This document shows, piece by piece, positions 35,506-46,068 of a stretch of 60,666 nucleotides of DNA; position 1 is the stretch's first letter, and each line of letters opens with the position of its first letter. Source of the DNA: Gammaproteobacteria bacterium (GTDB lineage: Bacteria > Pseudomonadota > Gammaproteobacteria > GCA-001735895); the NCBI GenBank assembly GCA_041688005.1, contig JBDNJA010000228.1:1-60666 (forward strand), in the 5' to 3' direction. A program made the position numbers and the translations under genes. Below the pieces are notes generated by a model. It ran no database searches. It saw only the letters and a program-made list of their open reading frames with translations, and was not told where the DNA came from.

Positions 35506-35786
35506 TAAACGGTGAGTGAAATTTCAATTATGTAGTCACCTACTGCCAGCTTCAGATTTCCTAGCTCTACCGCAGAATTAGGTCGTTGCCAGTATTGCTA
35601 GAGGCTTCCCTCAGCAACCGGTCATCTAGGTCACGTTTGCAATGGTTGCCCGTTCTTAGCCAGCCAGATTATTCGAGCGTTACCAAAGGTAACCCTCGGT
35701 TTTCTTTGAGTCACGAAAAGTAACACATTGATCGAATGACATAGGCCTATATATTTAACACCCTGTTTTATAGGTAATTAATTGTT

Positions 35787-35801
35787 TGGCACGATATTCG
35801 C
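35787..35801 (+). promoter_or_regulatory. Candidate sigma-54 promoter (TGGCACGATATTCGC)
   Basis: It matches TGGCACG-N4-TTGC with GG and GC exactly 10 bp apart and one mismatch in the -12 box. It lies 83 bp upstream of the ABC substrate-binding gene. Confidence 0.45.
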
Positions 35802-35883
35802 TTACATTTAGGATGGCTGTAAAATAATAAGGTCATTTTTTAAGTATTGATAATTAACAATATAAACGAACGAGGATAGCTAT

Positions 35884-37233
35884 ATGAGCAACGATAAACC
35901 AACAAACCATTCAAGAAGGAATCTACTTAAAGGGACGGCCGCAATTGCAGCTGCCGGTACGATGCCAATGTTTTTCACCAAAGAAGCCTGGGCAGCCAAT
36001 AACTTCCGTAATAGTCCAGGTAATGCTTCTTCTATCAAACTGGGTTTTAACGTACCTCAAACAGGAGCCTATGCTGATGAAGGTGCCGATGAACTGCGCG
36101 CCTACAAATTGGCAGTTGAGCATCTAAACGGTGGCGGTGATGGCGGCATGATGAACTCCATGAAACCAATGTCATTAAAAGGCAACGGTATCCTGGGCAA
36201 GAAAGTTGAATATGTAACTGGTGATACCCAAACTAAATCAGACGCAGCTCGTGCTTCGGCCAAACGCATGATTGAAAAGGATGGTGTGTTGATGTTCTCT
36301 GGTGGTTCATCTTCTGGTGTTGCGATTGCTGTACAGGGCCTGGCTCAGGAAATGGGCGTTATTTTCATGGCCGGTCTTACGCATTCGAATGACACCACGG
36401 GTAAAGACAAGCGTCGTTACGGTTTCCGTCACTTCTTTAACGCTAAAATGACAGGTTCCGCCCTTGGCCCAGTACTCAAAGAAGAAATGGGAACCGAGCG
36501 TAACGCTTACCATTTAACCTCAGATTATACCTGGGGCTGGACTCAAGAAGAATCAATCAAAGAAACCACTGAAGGCTTGGGTTGGAAAACAGTTAAGACT
36601 GTTAGAACTCCCGTTGGCGCAGGTGACTTTTCACAATACATAACACCGATTCTTAACTCAGGTGCGGATACTCTGATCCTTAACCATTACGGCAAAGACA
36701 TGGTTAACTCGTTGACTCAGTCAATTCAATTTGGATTGAAAGACAAGATGGTTAATGGCAAGCAATTTGAAATCATTGTTCCATTATATTCTCGTCTAAT
36801 GGCTCAAGGTGCTGGCGATAACCTGAAGGGTATTCTGGGTACTACTAACTGGAACTGGGCATTGCAGGATGCGGGTTCTCAGGCATTCGTTAAATCATTC
36901 GGCGCAAAGTATGGCTTCCCACCTTCGCAGGCGGCTCACACTTGTTACGTACAGACATTGCTATATGCCAATGCTTGTGAAAACGCAGGTACTTTTTATC
37001 CACCAGAAGTTATCAAGCAACTTGAAGGCTTTAAGTTTGATGGTATGGGTAATGGTGCGACTGAATACCGTGCAGAAGATCATCAGTGTTTTAAAGATGT
37101 ATTGGTTGTGCGTGGTAATCAAAACCCCACCAATCAGTTTGATTTACTCGAGATCGTCCAGGAAGTGCCGCGCTCGCAGGTCGAGTACGATGCTTCTATC
37201 TTCGGCGGCGAGTTAGGCCCTTATAAAGTCTAA
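35884..37233 (+). CDS. ABC transporter substrate-binding protein (LivK / Peripla_BP_6 type) with Tat-like signal
   Basis: SRRNLLKGTAAIAAAGTMPMF twin-arginine-like leader. The type I periplasmic binding fold is similar to branched-chain amino acid/amide/urea binders. Confidence 0.8.
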   Translation: MSNDKPTNHSRRNLLKGTAAIAAAGTMPMFFTKEAWAANNFRNSPGNASSIKLGFNVPQTGAYADEGADELRAYKLAVEHLNGGGDGGMMNSMKPMSLKGNGILGKKVEYVTGDTQTKSDAARASAKRMIEKDGVLMFSGGSSSGVAIAVQGLAQEMGVIFMAGLTHSNDTTGKDKRRYGFRHFFNAKMTGSALGPVLKEEMGTERNAYHLTSDYTWGWTQEESIKETTEGLGWKTVKTVRTPVGAGDFSQYITPILNSGADTLILNHYGKDMVNSLTQSIQFGLKDKMVNGKQFEIIVPLYSRLMAQGAGDNLKGILGTTNWNWALQDAGSQAFVKSFGAKYGFPPSQAAHTCYVQTLLYANACENAGTFYPPEVIKQLEGFKFDGMGNGATEYRAEDHQCFKDVLVVRGNQNPTNQFDLLEIVQEVPRSQVEYDASIFGGELGPYKV

Positions 37234-37246
37234 AGCTTTATCACTC

Positions 37247-37287
37247 GTAAGCCACGGCATATCCATGGCGTGGCTTACTGGTTTTTT
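37247..37287 (+). terminator. Rho-independent terminator / attenuator after the binding-protein gene
   Basis: A 10-bp perfect stem, GTAAGCCACG ... CGTGGCTTAC, is followed by TGGTTTTTTGGGATTTTTT. Confidence 0.75.
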
Positions 37288-37311
37288 GGGATTTTTTGGG
37301 GTTAAAAATCG

Positions 37312-38328
37312 ATGGATGCCATATTAATACAAGTTCTCAATGGCCTGGATAAAGGCGGTGCCTATGCACTGATCGCGCTGGGTCTTACACTGGTTTTTGG
37401 GACATTAGGTGTGGTCAATTTTGCCCATGGCGCATTGTTCATGCTCGGTGCATTTTGTGCAGTCTCATTTCAACAAATGCTGACTATTTCGAAACAGGTC
37501 AAAGACGAGAGCATCACTTACTTTGACGCTTACAAAGAACAGCCCTATTTAGAAATCTGGTGGGGCGACACGGGTACCGCAATTATCGATTATGCCGTCC
37601 CCTTATCCATACTATTCGCTATTCCCATGATGTTAATCATTGGCTTAGTCATGGAACGTGGATTGATCAAGCACTTTTATAAGCGGTCTCATGCTGAGCA
37701 AATACTGGTCACCTTTGGCCTCGCGATTGTATTGCAGGAATTAATCAAATCGTTTTTTGGTGCAAATCCTATTCCAACTCCGGCCCCTGACATTGTGTCG
37801 GGCAGTGCGGCCGTTGGTGCTATGCTAGGTTTGAGTGAAAACTTGGTGTATCCGTGGTGGAGGCTTATTTATCTCAGCTTTTCACTCACCATTATTTTTT
37901 CCGTATTTGCTTTTCTCAAATACACCACGTTTGGCATGGTGGTTCGTGCCGGTATGGCCGATAGAGAAACGGTTGGACTGCTTGGTATTGATGTACAAAA
38001 ACGATTCACCATTGTATTCGGCCTCGCAGCGGTTGTATCGGGTCTGGCGGGTGCCATGTACGCCCCAATTGTACCGCCGGACTATCACATGGGTATGGAT
38101 TTTCTGGTGTTGTCTTTCGTCGTTGTTGTTGTCGGTGGAATGGGATCCTTAGGAGGTGCCGTGGCAGCTGGATTTTTACTCGGTATATTACAGTCTTTCG
38201 CTTCGATGAATGAAGTGAAATCGATTTTACCCGGCATAGATCAAATCATAATTTACCTGGTAGCTGTTGTGATTTTGCTCGTACGTCCCAGAGGTTTGAT
38301 GGGACGCGTTGGCGTGATGGAGGATTAG
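37312..38328 (+). CDS. ABC transporter permease (LivH-like)
   Basis: A polytopic membrane protein with N-terminus ILIQVLNGLDKGGAYALIALGLTLVFG, typical of LivH/BPD_transp_2. Confidence 0.85.
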   Translation: MDAILIQVLNGLDKGGAYALIALGLTLVFGTLGVVNFAHGALFMLGAFCAVSFQQMLTISKQVKDESITYFDAYKEQPYLEIWWGDTGTAIIDYAVPLSILFAIPMMLIIGLVMERGLIKHFYKRSHAEQILVTFGLAIVLQELIKSFFGANPIPTPAPDIVSGSAAVGAMLGLSENLVYPWWRLIYLSFSLTIIFSVFAFLKYTTFGMVVRAGMADRETVGLLGIDVQKRFTIVFGLAAVVSGLAGAMYAPIVPPDYHMGMDFLVLSFVVVVVGGMGSLGGAVAAGFLLGILQSFASMNEVKSILPGIDQIIIYLVAVVILLVRPRGLMGRVGVMED

Positions 38329-38331
38329 ACG

Positions 38332-39513
38332 ATGTTGCAAAAAGTTTCTTTAAAATCGAATACTCAAATCATGTTGATATTTGCCCTGGTTGTGCTGAGC
38401 GCGCCACTTTGGCTCACACCAATTGGTGCCAATTATCCTGACCTATTACAAAAATTTACCATTTTTAGTATCTTCGCCATCGGCTTTAACATCCTGTTTG
38501 GACTGACTGGATATTTGTCGTTTGGTCATGCGGTGTTTTTGGGCGTCGGTTCTTATACCGCGGTCTGGTCATTTAAATTACTCAGTATGAATGTGATTCC
38601 TGCAATAATATTTGGCACAATTTTGGCTGGAGTATTTGCGATTGTAATTGGATACATTAGCCTACGTCGTTCGGGTATTTACTTCTCGATTCTGACGCTA
38701 GCCTTCGCTCAAATGTCTTACAACCTGGCATACTCGGTGTTAACACCAATTACCAATGGCGAAACCGGGCTTCAACTCAGCATTCGTGACCCACGAGTGT
38801 TCGATGCAGCTGTCAAAACTGGAGAGATGAGCGCCATCCCATCGACGACATTATTCGGACTGTCGATGAAAGGGTATTCCGGGTTTTATGTTTGCGCCGT
38901 CATTTTGATTCTGGCTTTTTTCCTGTCGTTAAAAATATTTAGATCACCATTTGGTTTAAAGCTATTAGCAATAAAATCAAACCAGACACGGATGAAGTAC
39001 ACGGGATTCAACACCCGCCCCTATCTGCTAACGGCTTTTGTCATTTCGGGTATGTACGCTGGTTTAGCTGGCACCTTATTGGCTATAACCGATCCACTAG
39101 CCGGTGCCGAACGCATGCAGTGGACTGCATCGGGTGAAGTCGTATTAATGACCATCCTCGGTGGTGCAGGCACCTTGATAGGACCGCTACTGGGTGTCGG
39201 TATCATTAAATACTTCGAAAATATTTTCTCTGCCATGAATGATTCGGCATTGGCCGAAATATTCGACTTCCTGCCCGATTCAATCGCCAACGCCTTTGTT
39301 TTCGTAACCCAGCCGTTTGTCGGTGAGGGCTGGCATTTAACGCTGGGTGCCTTGTTTGTAATAGTGGTTATATTCCTGCCGGGTGGGATGATGGAAGGCA
39401 TTTCCAGAATAAATGGCTGGATTCGAAAGAAGTACTTTGATGATGGTGATAATGAATCAAATGACCAGTCGAAAATAAGCATTAAAGTTGTCGATCCGGC
39501 GGGAGAGCAGTAA
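38332..39513 (+). CDS. ABC transporter permease (LivM-like)
   Basis: It has the polytopic LivM-type pattern ([17 protein letters not shown]) and lies 3 bp after the livH-like stop. Confidence 0.85.
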   Translation: MLQKVSLKSNTQIMLIFALVVLSAPLWLTPIGANYPDLLQKFTIFSIFAIGFNILFGLTGYLSFGHAVFLGVGSYTAVWSFKLLSMNVIPAIIFGTILAGVFAIVIGYISLRRSGIYFSILTLAFAQMSYNLAYSVLTPITNGETGLQLSIRDPRVFDAAVKTGEMSAIPSTTLFGLSMKGYSGFYVCAVILILAFFLSLKIFRSPFGLKLLAIKSNQTRMKYTGFNTRPYLLTAFVISGMYAGLAGTLLAITDPLAGAERMQWTASGEVVLMTILGGAGTLIGPLLGVGIIKYFENIFSAMNDSALAEIFDFLPDSIANAFVFVTQPFVGEGWHLTLGALFVIVVIFLPGGMMEGISRINGWIRKKYFDDGDNESNDQSKISIKVVDPAGEQ

Positions 39514-40274
39514 TGCAGGACTCGATACTAACCATCGAAGGCGTTAACAAACGATTTGGCGGCCTGAATGCCTTATCCGATATTCATCTTAATATAGAAA
39601 AAAATAAGACACATGCCATTATCGGTCCCAATGGTGCAGGTAAATCAACACTGCTTAATGTTTGCATCGGCCGACTCATACCGGATACTGGTACTGTCAA
39701 TTTCAATGGCGTTAACATGATTGGACTGGAGCCTTACGAAATCAATCATGCTGGCATGGTAAGGGTTTTCCAGACGCCAGAAATATTTCCAGAACTCACC
39801 ATCTTGCAAAATGTGATGATCCCTGCTTTGGCCAAACGCGACGGACTCTATTGTTTCGATGCATTTAAGGATATGAGCAAGCAGACTGAAATTCACGAAG
39901 AAGCGGAACATGCACTGGAAGATGTCGAACTAATCAAGTTTCGTGATCAACTTGCTGGAACAATCTCGCGCGGTGATAAGCGACGGCTCGAATTGGCGAT
40001 GGGGTTAATTCAGCGTCCAAAGCTATTGTTGCTCGATGAGCCAACTGCGGGCATGGCAAGGCTCGACACCAATCGCACCATTGAACTGCTGCAAAAAATT
40101 AAGGAACGTGGAATGACTAAAGTTATTATCGAACACGACATGCACGTTGTATTTAGCCTGGCAGATCGCATTAGTGTGTTAGCGCAGGGTGCAATTATTG
40201 CGAGCGGAACACCCGACGAAATTCGAGGTAATCCAGTGGTACAGGAAGCCTATCTTGGTGGAGAGGAACTCTGA
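39513..40274 (+). CDS. ABC transporter ATP-binding protein (LivG-like)
   Basis: Walker A GPNGAGKST, signature-like SRGDKRRLE and Walker B LLLLDEP. Confidence 0.9.
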   Translation: MQDSILTIEGVNKRFGGLNALSDIHLNIEKNKTHAIIGPNGAGKSTLLNVCIGRLIPDTGTVNFNGVNMIGLEPYEINHAGMVRVFQTPEIFPELTILQNVMIPALAKRDGLYCFDAFKDMSKQTEIHEEAEHALEDVELIKFRDQLAGTISRGDKRRLELAMGLIQRPKLLLLDEPTAGMARLDTNRTIELLQKIKERGMTKVIIEHDMHVVFSLADRISVLAQGAIIASGTPDEIRGNPVVQEAYLGGEEL

Positions 40275-41035
40275 TGAGCAATCCACATACTCAAACTAGC
40301 AATGCCCCGGTTAAAAATGAAAAGACATTTCCAGCCTTTTTTTCCTGTTGGAATTTACATTCATATTATGGTGAAAGTTACATCGTGCAGGGCGTTTCGT
40401 TCGATATACGTGAAGGTGAAATCATTGCCCTGTTAGGTCGAAATGGTGCAGGAAAGACATCAACATTACGAACGATTGCTCGCATGGAAAGTCCGCAATT
40501 ACGCGAAGGTGAAATCTGGCTCGATCATAAGCCATTGCATCAAGTGCCTGACTATGAGGCATCTCAACTAGGCGTCGCCTTAGTACCCGAAGATCGTTGT
40601 ATTATTGCAGGCCTTACCGTTCAGGAAAATATTGAACTAGCTCAGATATCACCACCGGTTGGCTGGTCACTAGAACGAATCTATTCCCATTTTCCCCGAC
40701 TGGCTGAACGTAAAGATCAACAGGGTATAACCCTGTCGGGCGGCGAACAACAAATGCTTGCTGTCGCGCGCGCATTAGCTCGGGATATTAAATTATTGCT
40801 ACTCGATGAGCCCTATGAAGGCCTGGCGCCAGTCATCGTGAAGGAAATTGCACAGATTGTACGTGATATTAAAAAACTGGGCATTACCACAATCATCGTA
40901 GAGCAGAATGCTGTCGCCGCACTAAAGCTGGCTGACCGCGCCATTATTCTTGATATGGGACAAATCGTTTTTGATGGTAGCGCCCAGGAAGTGCTTGATA
41001 ATGAAGAATTAAAAAATGAATATCTCGCCATATAA
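40274..41035 (+). CDS. ABC transporter ATP-binding protein (LivF-like)
   Basis: Walker A GRNGAGKTS, signature LSGGEQQML and Walker B LLLLDEP. Confidence 0.9.
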   Translation: MSNPHTQTSNAPVKNEKTFPAFFSCWNLHSYYGESYIVQGVSFDIREGEIIALLGRNGAGKTSTLRTIARMESPQLREGEIWLDHKPLHQVPDYEASQLGVALVPEDRCIIAGLTVQENIELAQISPPVGWSLERIYSHFPRLAERKDQQGITLSGGEQQMLAVARALARDIKLLLLDEPYEGLAPVIVKEIAQIVRDIKKLGITTIIVEQNAVAALKLADRAIILDMGQIVFDGSAQEVLDNEELKNEYLAI

Positions 41036-41216
41036 TTAGGTGATTTAACTGGGCAATATAGCCCCGCTATATAGTAATGAGCTATAACCGCAATAGGATT
41101 TAGGACAAACGTCGAGCCTTGTTTCGTCGGTAGCGTCCTGTAGAATCATTAGACAAATTCATTAAATAATTACACAGAATAATTACACAGAATAATTAAG
41201 CGCCCGAGGAAGCCAA

Positions 41217-43160
41217 ATGTCAGAATCTAAAACCTATCCAGTACCTGCAAATTTTGCTGCACAAGCCAATATTAATGCCGCTGAATATACAGAAATGTAT
41301 CAGCAATCGGTTGATGACCCTGAAGGTTTTTGGTCAGAACAGGCTGAAAATTATATATCTTGGTTTAAACCCTGGGACTCGGTTAGCAACTGGAGTTTTG
41401 GCGAAGACGTCCACATCAATTGGTTCGAAGGCGCAGAGCTTAACGTCTCTTACAATTGTATTGATCGCCACCTTGAAACCAGAGGCGATCAAGTTGCCAT
41501 CATTTGGGAAAGCGACGATCCAAACGAAGATCGAAAAATCACTTACAACGAGCTACACGAAGAAGTTTGTAAGTTTTCCAATGTGCTAAAAGACCGCGGC
41601 GTCAAAAAAGGTGATTGTGTATCGATCTATATGCCGATGGTGCCAGAAGCTGCCGTTGCCATGCTCGCCTGTACTCGAATTGGTGCGATGCACTCCGTTG
41701 TGTTTGGTGGATTCTCACCTGATGCACTGAGAGACAGAATCCTCGATTCAGACTGTCATGTTGTGATCACCGCTGACCAATCAGTCCGTGGTGGTAAACG
41801 CATACCACTCAAAGCCAATGCTGACGAAGCCGTCAGTGCCTGTCCCAATGTCAATACGGTCGTAGTCATAAAACGTGGTGGCGACCCTGTAGAATGGAAT
41901 GGCAATCGTGATATCTGGTATCACGAAGCGATGGCACATGCTTCAAAGTATTGCGAACCAGAAATAATGGGCGCAGAAGACCCGCTGTTTATTCTCTATA
42001 CCTCAGGGTCAACAGGTAAACCAAAGGGCGTATTGCACACGACTGCGGGTTATCTATTGCAAGCAGCAATGACCCACAAACTGGTATTCGATTATAAAGA
42101 CGGCGAGACATACTGGTGTACAGCCGATGTTGGATGGGTTACAGGGCACACTTATATTGTGTACGGCCCGCTCGCCAATGGTGCGACTACGTTAATGTTC
42201 GAAGGCATCCCAACCTATCCAGATATCTCGCGATTCTGGCAAGTCTGCGACAAGCATAATGTCTCAATTTTCTACACCGCACCTACCGCCATTAGGGCCT
42301 TAATGAGTGCTGGTGATGAACCAGTCAAAAAGACATCGCGTTCCAGCCTGAGATTACTTGGCACAGTTGGTGAACCAATTAATCCAGAAGCCTGGGAGTG
42401 GTATCACAAAGTAGTTGGCGACGAGCGTTGTCCAATAGTCGATACTTGGTGGCAAACCGAAACAGGTGCTCACATGTTGACACCTTTACCTGGTGCCACA
42501 GCGACCAAACCAGGGTCTGCGACTTTCCCATTTTTTGGCGCACAACCTGTATTGCTGGATGACGAGGGTAACGTTGTCGAAGGTAATCCTGCATCAGGTA
42601 ATCTGGCGATGAAAGCACCATGGCCTTCAATGATGCGCACCATTTATGGCGATCATAAGCGTTTCTTCGAAACCTATTTTGCCTTGTATAAGGGATACTA
42701 CTTTACTGGTGATGGCGCCCGCCGTGACGAAGATGGCTACTATTGGATTACGGGCAGAGTCGACGACGTGCTTAATGTATCGGGTCATCGTTTAGGCACT
42801 GCCGAAATTGAATCAGCATTGGTCAAACACGTGAAAGTTGCCGAGTCGGCAGTCGTTGGATATCCACACGAGATTACCGGCCAGGGTATTTATGCCTATG
42901 TCACCCTGATGGTCGGAGAGCAAGGCAACGATGACTTAAGTGCAGAGCTAGTTGCTTTGGTGCGTAAGGAAATTGGCCCAATAGCAAAAGTGAATCTCAT
43001 TCAGTGGGCACCAGGTTTACCTAAAACACGTTCGGGTAAAATTATGCGACGAATTTTGCGTAAAGTGGCCGCTAACGAAATAGACAGCCTGGGGGATATA
43101 TCAACTCTGGCTGATCCTTCTGTTGTGGAAGATTTAATTGAGAATAGAATAAACCGGTAA
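41217..43160 (+). CDS. acs: Acetyl-CoA synthetase (AMP-forming)
   Basis: The 647-aa sequence carries the full-length Acs pattern, including [27 protein letters not shown] and the C-terminal [15 protein letters not shown]. Confidence 0.95.
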   Translation: MSESKTYPVPANFAAQANINAAEYTEMYQQSVDDPEGFWSEQAENYISWFKPWDSVSNWSFGEDVHINWFEGAELNVSYNCIDRHLETRGDQVAIIWESDDPNEDRKITYNELHEEVCKFSNVLKDRGVKKGDCVSIYMPMVPEAAVAMLACTRIGAMHSVVFGGFSPDALRDRILDSDCHVVITADQSVRGGKRIPLKANADEAVSACPNVNTVVVIKRGGDPVEWNGNRDIWYHEAMAHASKYCEPEIMGAEDPLFILYTSGSTGKPKGVLHTTAGYLLQAAMTHKLVFDYKDGETYWCTADVGWVTGHTYIVYGPLANGATTLMFEGIPTYPDISRFWQVCDKHNVSIFYTAPTAIRALMSAGDEPVKKTSRSSLRLLGTVGEPINPEAWEWYHKVVGDERCPIVDTWWQTETGAHMLTPLPGATATKPGSATFPFFGAQPVLLDDEGNVVEGNPASGNLAMKAPWPSMMRTIYGDHKRFFETYFALYKGYYFTGDGARRDEDGYYWITGRVDDVLNVSGHRLGTAEIESALVKHVKVAESAVVGYPHEITGQGIYAYVTLMVGEQGNDDLSAELVALVRKEIGPIAKVNLIQWAPGLPKTRSGKIMRRILRKVAANEIDSLGDISTLADPSVVEDLIENRINR

Positions 43161-43187
43161 CCCTCAGTAAATAAAGGCACTCAAAAA

Positions 43188-43215
43188 CTCATCGGTGTTA
43201 TTTTCTACCGATGAG
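43188..43215 (+). terminator. Hairpin downstream of acs (candidate terminator)
   Basis: CTCATCGGT-N10-ACCGATGAG is a perfect 9-bp stem followed by CTTTCT. The T tract is weak. Confidence 0.45.
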
Positions 43216-43339
43216 CTTTCTACCAGCTATGCGCTTCTGAATCGAACCCAAGCCCCTTAATGTAATGTCACTTTTTACGTGAGTGAAAAGACAAAGAACT
43301 GAGATTGTTTAGAAGACCAAAACATAAACAGCGTAATGC

Positions 43340-43389
43340 TTGCATGTTCTCATTTTATTCTCTAAACTAAAATGAGAATAAAATGAGAA
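43340..43389 (+). promoter_or_regulatory. Candidate lexA promoter (TTGCAT-17-TAAACT) overlapped by a 16-bp-arm perfect inverted repeat
   Basis: TTCTCATTTTATTCTC (43347-43362) fills the -35/-10 spacer. Its exact complement GAGAATAAAATGAGAA (43374-43389) follows the -10 box, 17 bp before the lexA ATG. Confidence 0.45.
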
Positions 43390-43405
43390 TTTAAATAGGT
43401 GTCTT

Positions 43406-44005
43406 ATGTTAACAACACAAGAACAAAATACGTTGCAATTCATTCGAGGCTATTTGGCTCAATATGGCTACGCACCAAAGTTTAAAGAAATAGGTCTTGC
43501 TATAGGTGTCAATTCTCAGGGCACCATTCATCGGTACGTTCAGTCACTCGAAGACAAAGGGTATATTGATCGCGTCAAAGGCAATTCTCGTGGTATGAAC
43601 CTGGTTGAGTTGCCGTTAGTTAGCGCACCAACCATACCCTTAGTCGGCAGAATAGCCGCTGGTTTACCGATTGAAGCGGTCGAAGACCAGTTGGAACTGA
43701 ATCTGGCGGAAATGTTTATGGGGCCTGAGTTGTTTGCTTTGCGCGTGACGGGTGATTCAATGAAGGATGCTGGGATACTAGATAACGACTACGTCATTAT
43801 CAGGAAGCAACCCGTCGCGAAGAACGGTGATATTGTAGTCGCCATGATTGATAAAGTTGAAGCGACACTAAAACGCTTTAGACGCAAAAGCGAAAGAGAA
43901 GTAGAACTGATTCCCGAGAATGCCAGTATGGAGGTCATGACCTATCCTGCCGAACGGGTCAATATACATGGCGTATTGGTCGGGCAAATGCGTAATTACA
44001 ATTAA
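43406..44005 (+). CDS. lexA: LexA repressor (S24 autopeptidase)
   Basis: N-terminal winged HTH, Ala-Gly cleavage site (GRIAAGLPIEA), catalytic Ser (TGDSM) and Lys (ATLKRF). Confidence 0.9.
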   Translation: MLTTQEQNTLQFIRGYLAQYGYAPKFKEIGLAIGVNSQGTIHRYVQSLEDKGYIDRVKGNSRGMNLVELPLVSAPTIPLVGRIAAGLPIEAVEDQLELNLAEMFMGPELFALRVTGDSMKDAGILDNDYVIIRKQPVAKNGDIVVAMIDKVEATLKRFRRKSEREVELIPENASMEVMTYPAERVNIHGVLVGQMRNYN

Positions 44006-44006
44006 A

Positions 44007-44234
44007 GGTATCTCTAAAAATGCACTTTTTCCGCGATTGCCGTCGTGGCCTCGTGGTCCCTGCTGTTGGCAGCTCCGCTCCGTGCTAGTGCGCCAGCCCG
44101 GTCGATCCTCATGGTCAACGTACACTCCGGTTTTCCGCTGCGGCTCCTTGCACTTATTGCCATGGATGGCATGTATGTCTGTTTAGCAGGAGCAAAAAAC
44201 AGACCACGGAAAAAGCACTATTTTTAGAGGCATC
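44007..44234 (+). mobile_element. MITE-like palindromic repeat, copy 3 (228 bp)
   Basis: The ends are GGTATCTCTAAAAATGCACTTTTTCCGCG ... CACGGAAAAAGCACTATTTTTAGAGGCATC, and it shares internal blocks with copies 1 and 2. It starts 2 nt after the lexA stop. Confidence 0.8.
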
Positions 44235-44279
44235 TTAAGTTAAGTAGCGCAGGGTGACGTTGAAATTAACGTCATACAG

Positions 44280-45065
44280 TTAACGATGCTTTTGAATTTT
44301 ACGCAGCATATCGCCTAGTAGCTTAGGATTCGCTGCAATCACTTCGCCATTGGCCAATGAGTTATCATTTCCCTCGAAGTCTGTAATAAGGCCGCCTGCC
44401 TCTCTGAGAATAAGTGCGCCTGCGGCAATATCCCATGAGTTAAGACCAGACTCCCAATAACCATCGAGTCGGCCCGCTGCAACATACGCTAAATCGAGTG
44501 CGGCAGAACCAGCACAGCGAATGTTACTGGCAGTCGAAAAGAATTCACGAAACACTTTTAAACAATCGTCCAATTGTTCTGGGTGTCGGCTAGGAAAGCC
44601 TGTACTGAGTAACGCCCCTTGAGTTGTGTTTATACGTGTGACACGAAGCCGACGGTTATTAACCGTTGCACCATCTCCGCGACTAGCCGCGAATAGCTCT
44701 TGTTTAATCGGATCGTAAATCACACCGTGTTCGATTTTACCTCTGTATTCACAGGCAATTGAAACAGCGTAATGTGGAAAGCTATGTAGAAAATTGGTTG
44801 TACCGTCGAGGGGATCAATGATCCAGCGATAGTCTTCTTCAGCCCCTTTGATAACACCGGATTCTTCACCCAAAATACTATGCTGAGGATAAACTTTAAG
44901 AATAGCCTCTATCACTCGAGCTTCAGCCTCTCGATCGACATCACTAACAAAATCGTTGAGCGCTTTTGTTTCAATTTGAATGTCGGGCAACTTGTTTATT
45001 TTGCGGACAATAAAATCCCCTGCACTTCGGGCGGCTCGAATTGCAATGTTCAGCATAGGTTGCAT
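44280..45065 (-). CDS. suhB: Inositol monophosphatase family protein SuhB
   Basis: MQPMLNIAIRAARSAGDFI, the WIIDPLDGTTNF metal site and GSAALDLAYVAAGRLDGYWE. Confidence 0.9.
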   Translation of the reverse strand: MQPMLNIAIRAARSAGDFIVRKINKLPDIQIETKALNDFVSDVDREAEARVIEAILKVYPQHSILGEESGVIKGAEEDYRWIIDPLDGTTNFLHSFPHYAVSIACEYRGKIEHGVIYDPIKQELFAASRGDGATVNNRRLRVTRINTTQGALLSTGFPSRHPEQLDDCLKVFREFFSTASNIRCAGSAALDLAYVAAGRLDGYWESGLNSWDIAAGALILREAGGLITDFEGNDNSLANGEVIAANPKLLGDMLRKIQKHR

Positions 45066-45217
45066 GGGGCTTGATCCGGATGGGGGTTAAAGTGGCGCGC
45101 ATTCTAACAAACAGACTAGTAATTAACCAGACATACATTCCCTTCAAACGCAGGTAGAATCGCATCATCCGAACGCGACTTAATCGCCTTTCTTAACCTT
45201 ATTCATCAGCATTTCAA

Positions 45218-45940
45218 ATGAAACTAGAGAATATCAGCATTGCGATGATTGGAACCACCCATCCCGGTAATATTGGCGCGGCAGCACGCGCCATGAATAA
45301 CATGTGTATTAACCAATTAGTCATGGTGAGTCCGAAGTGTCCAGTAGCTGAGGTTGCCTATGCCCGTGCTTCGGGTGCCCATTCTATTCTCGATCAAAGA
45401 CGCACTGTAGGCACTCTGGAAGAGGCAATACAGGATTGCCAGCTAGTCATTGGCTCAACAGCCCGATCTCGGTCTTTGTCCTGGCCAGAGTTATCGCCTT
45501 CAGAGATGACCAAAAAAATATGGTCACTCGATAACGAATCACAGGTTGCCATTGTTTTCGGCAGAGAGCATTCGGGCTTGACCAATGAGGAGTTACAATT
45601 GTGTAATTACATGGTCAGCATTCCTACAAATCCTGATTTCAGTTCACTCAATGTCGCATCAGCGATTCAAGTGATGTGCTACGAAATATACAAAACGCTG
45701 GATGAAGGTAAGGTAGTTGAAAGCTCTGGTTCAAGCGAACCCGTCGCAACCAGTTTTGATTTGGAGGGTTATTTTCAACATCTTGAGCAAGTCTTGCTTA
45801 AAACAGGGTATCTCAAAGCCGACAATCCCGGACAATTGTTACAACGGTTGCGCCGGTTGTACCAGCGAGCAGATTTGTCTAAAAATGAAATTAATATTTT
45901 GCGCGGAATTTTAAGTTCGGTAGAAAAACCAAAAACCTAG
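45218..45940 (+). CDS. trmJ: tRNA (cytidine/uridine-2-prime-O)-methyltransferase TrmJ
   Basis: SpoU/TrmH fold with THPGNIGAAARAMNNM, FGREHSGLTNEEL and NVASAIQV. Its position divergent from suhB and upstream of isc is conserved. Confidence 0.85.
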   Translation: MKLENISIAMIGTTHPGNIGAAARAMNNMCINQLVMVSPKCPVAEVAYARASGAHSILDQRRTVGTLEEAIQDCQLVIGSTARSRSLSWPELSPSEMTKKIWSLDNESQVAIVFGREHSGLTNEELQLCNYMVSIPTNPDFSSLNVASAIQVMCYEIYKTLDEGKVVESSGSSEPVATSFDLEGYFQHLEQVLLKTGYLKADNPGQLLQRLRRLYQRADLSKNEINILRGILSSVEKPKT

Positions 45941-46068
45941 ATAGTTAGATGTCTATAAATAGTTTGGTTACCAATAGTTTGGTTACAAAACATTACCTGT
46001 CTGAAAAGCAACGATTGTCGAGCTACCATAAACTTCAATTCGTTACTCACAGAAACAGAAATAAGAAC

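Noticed and set aside
43161-43405. A canonical gammaproteobacterial SOS box (CTGT-N8-ACAG) upstream of lexA.
   Set aside because: I searched by eye on both strands and found no CTG-N10-CAG arrangement. I report the unusual palindrome instead.
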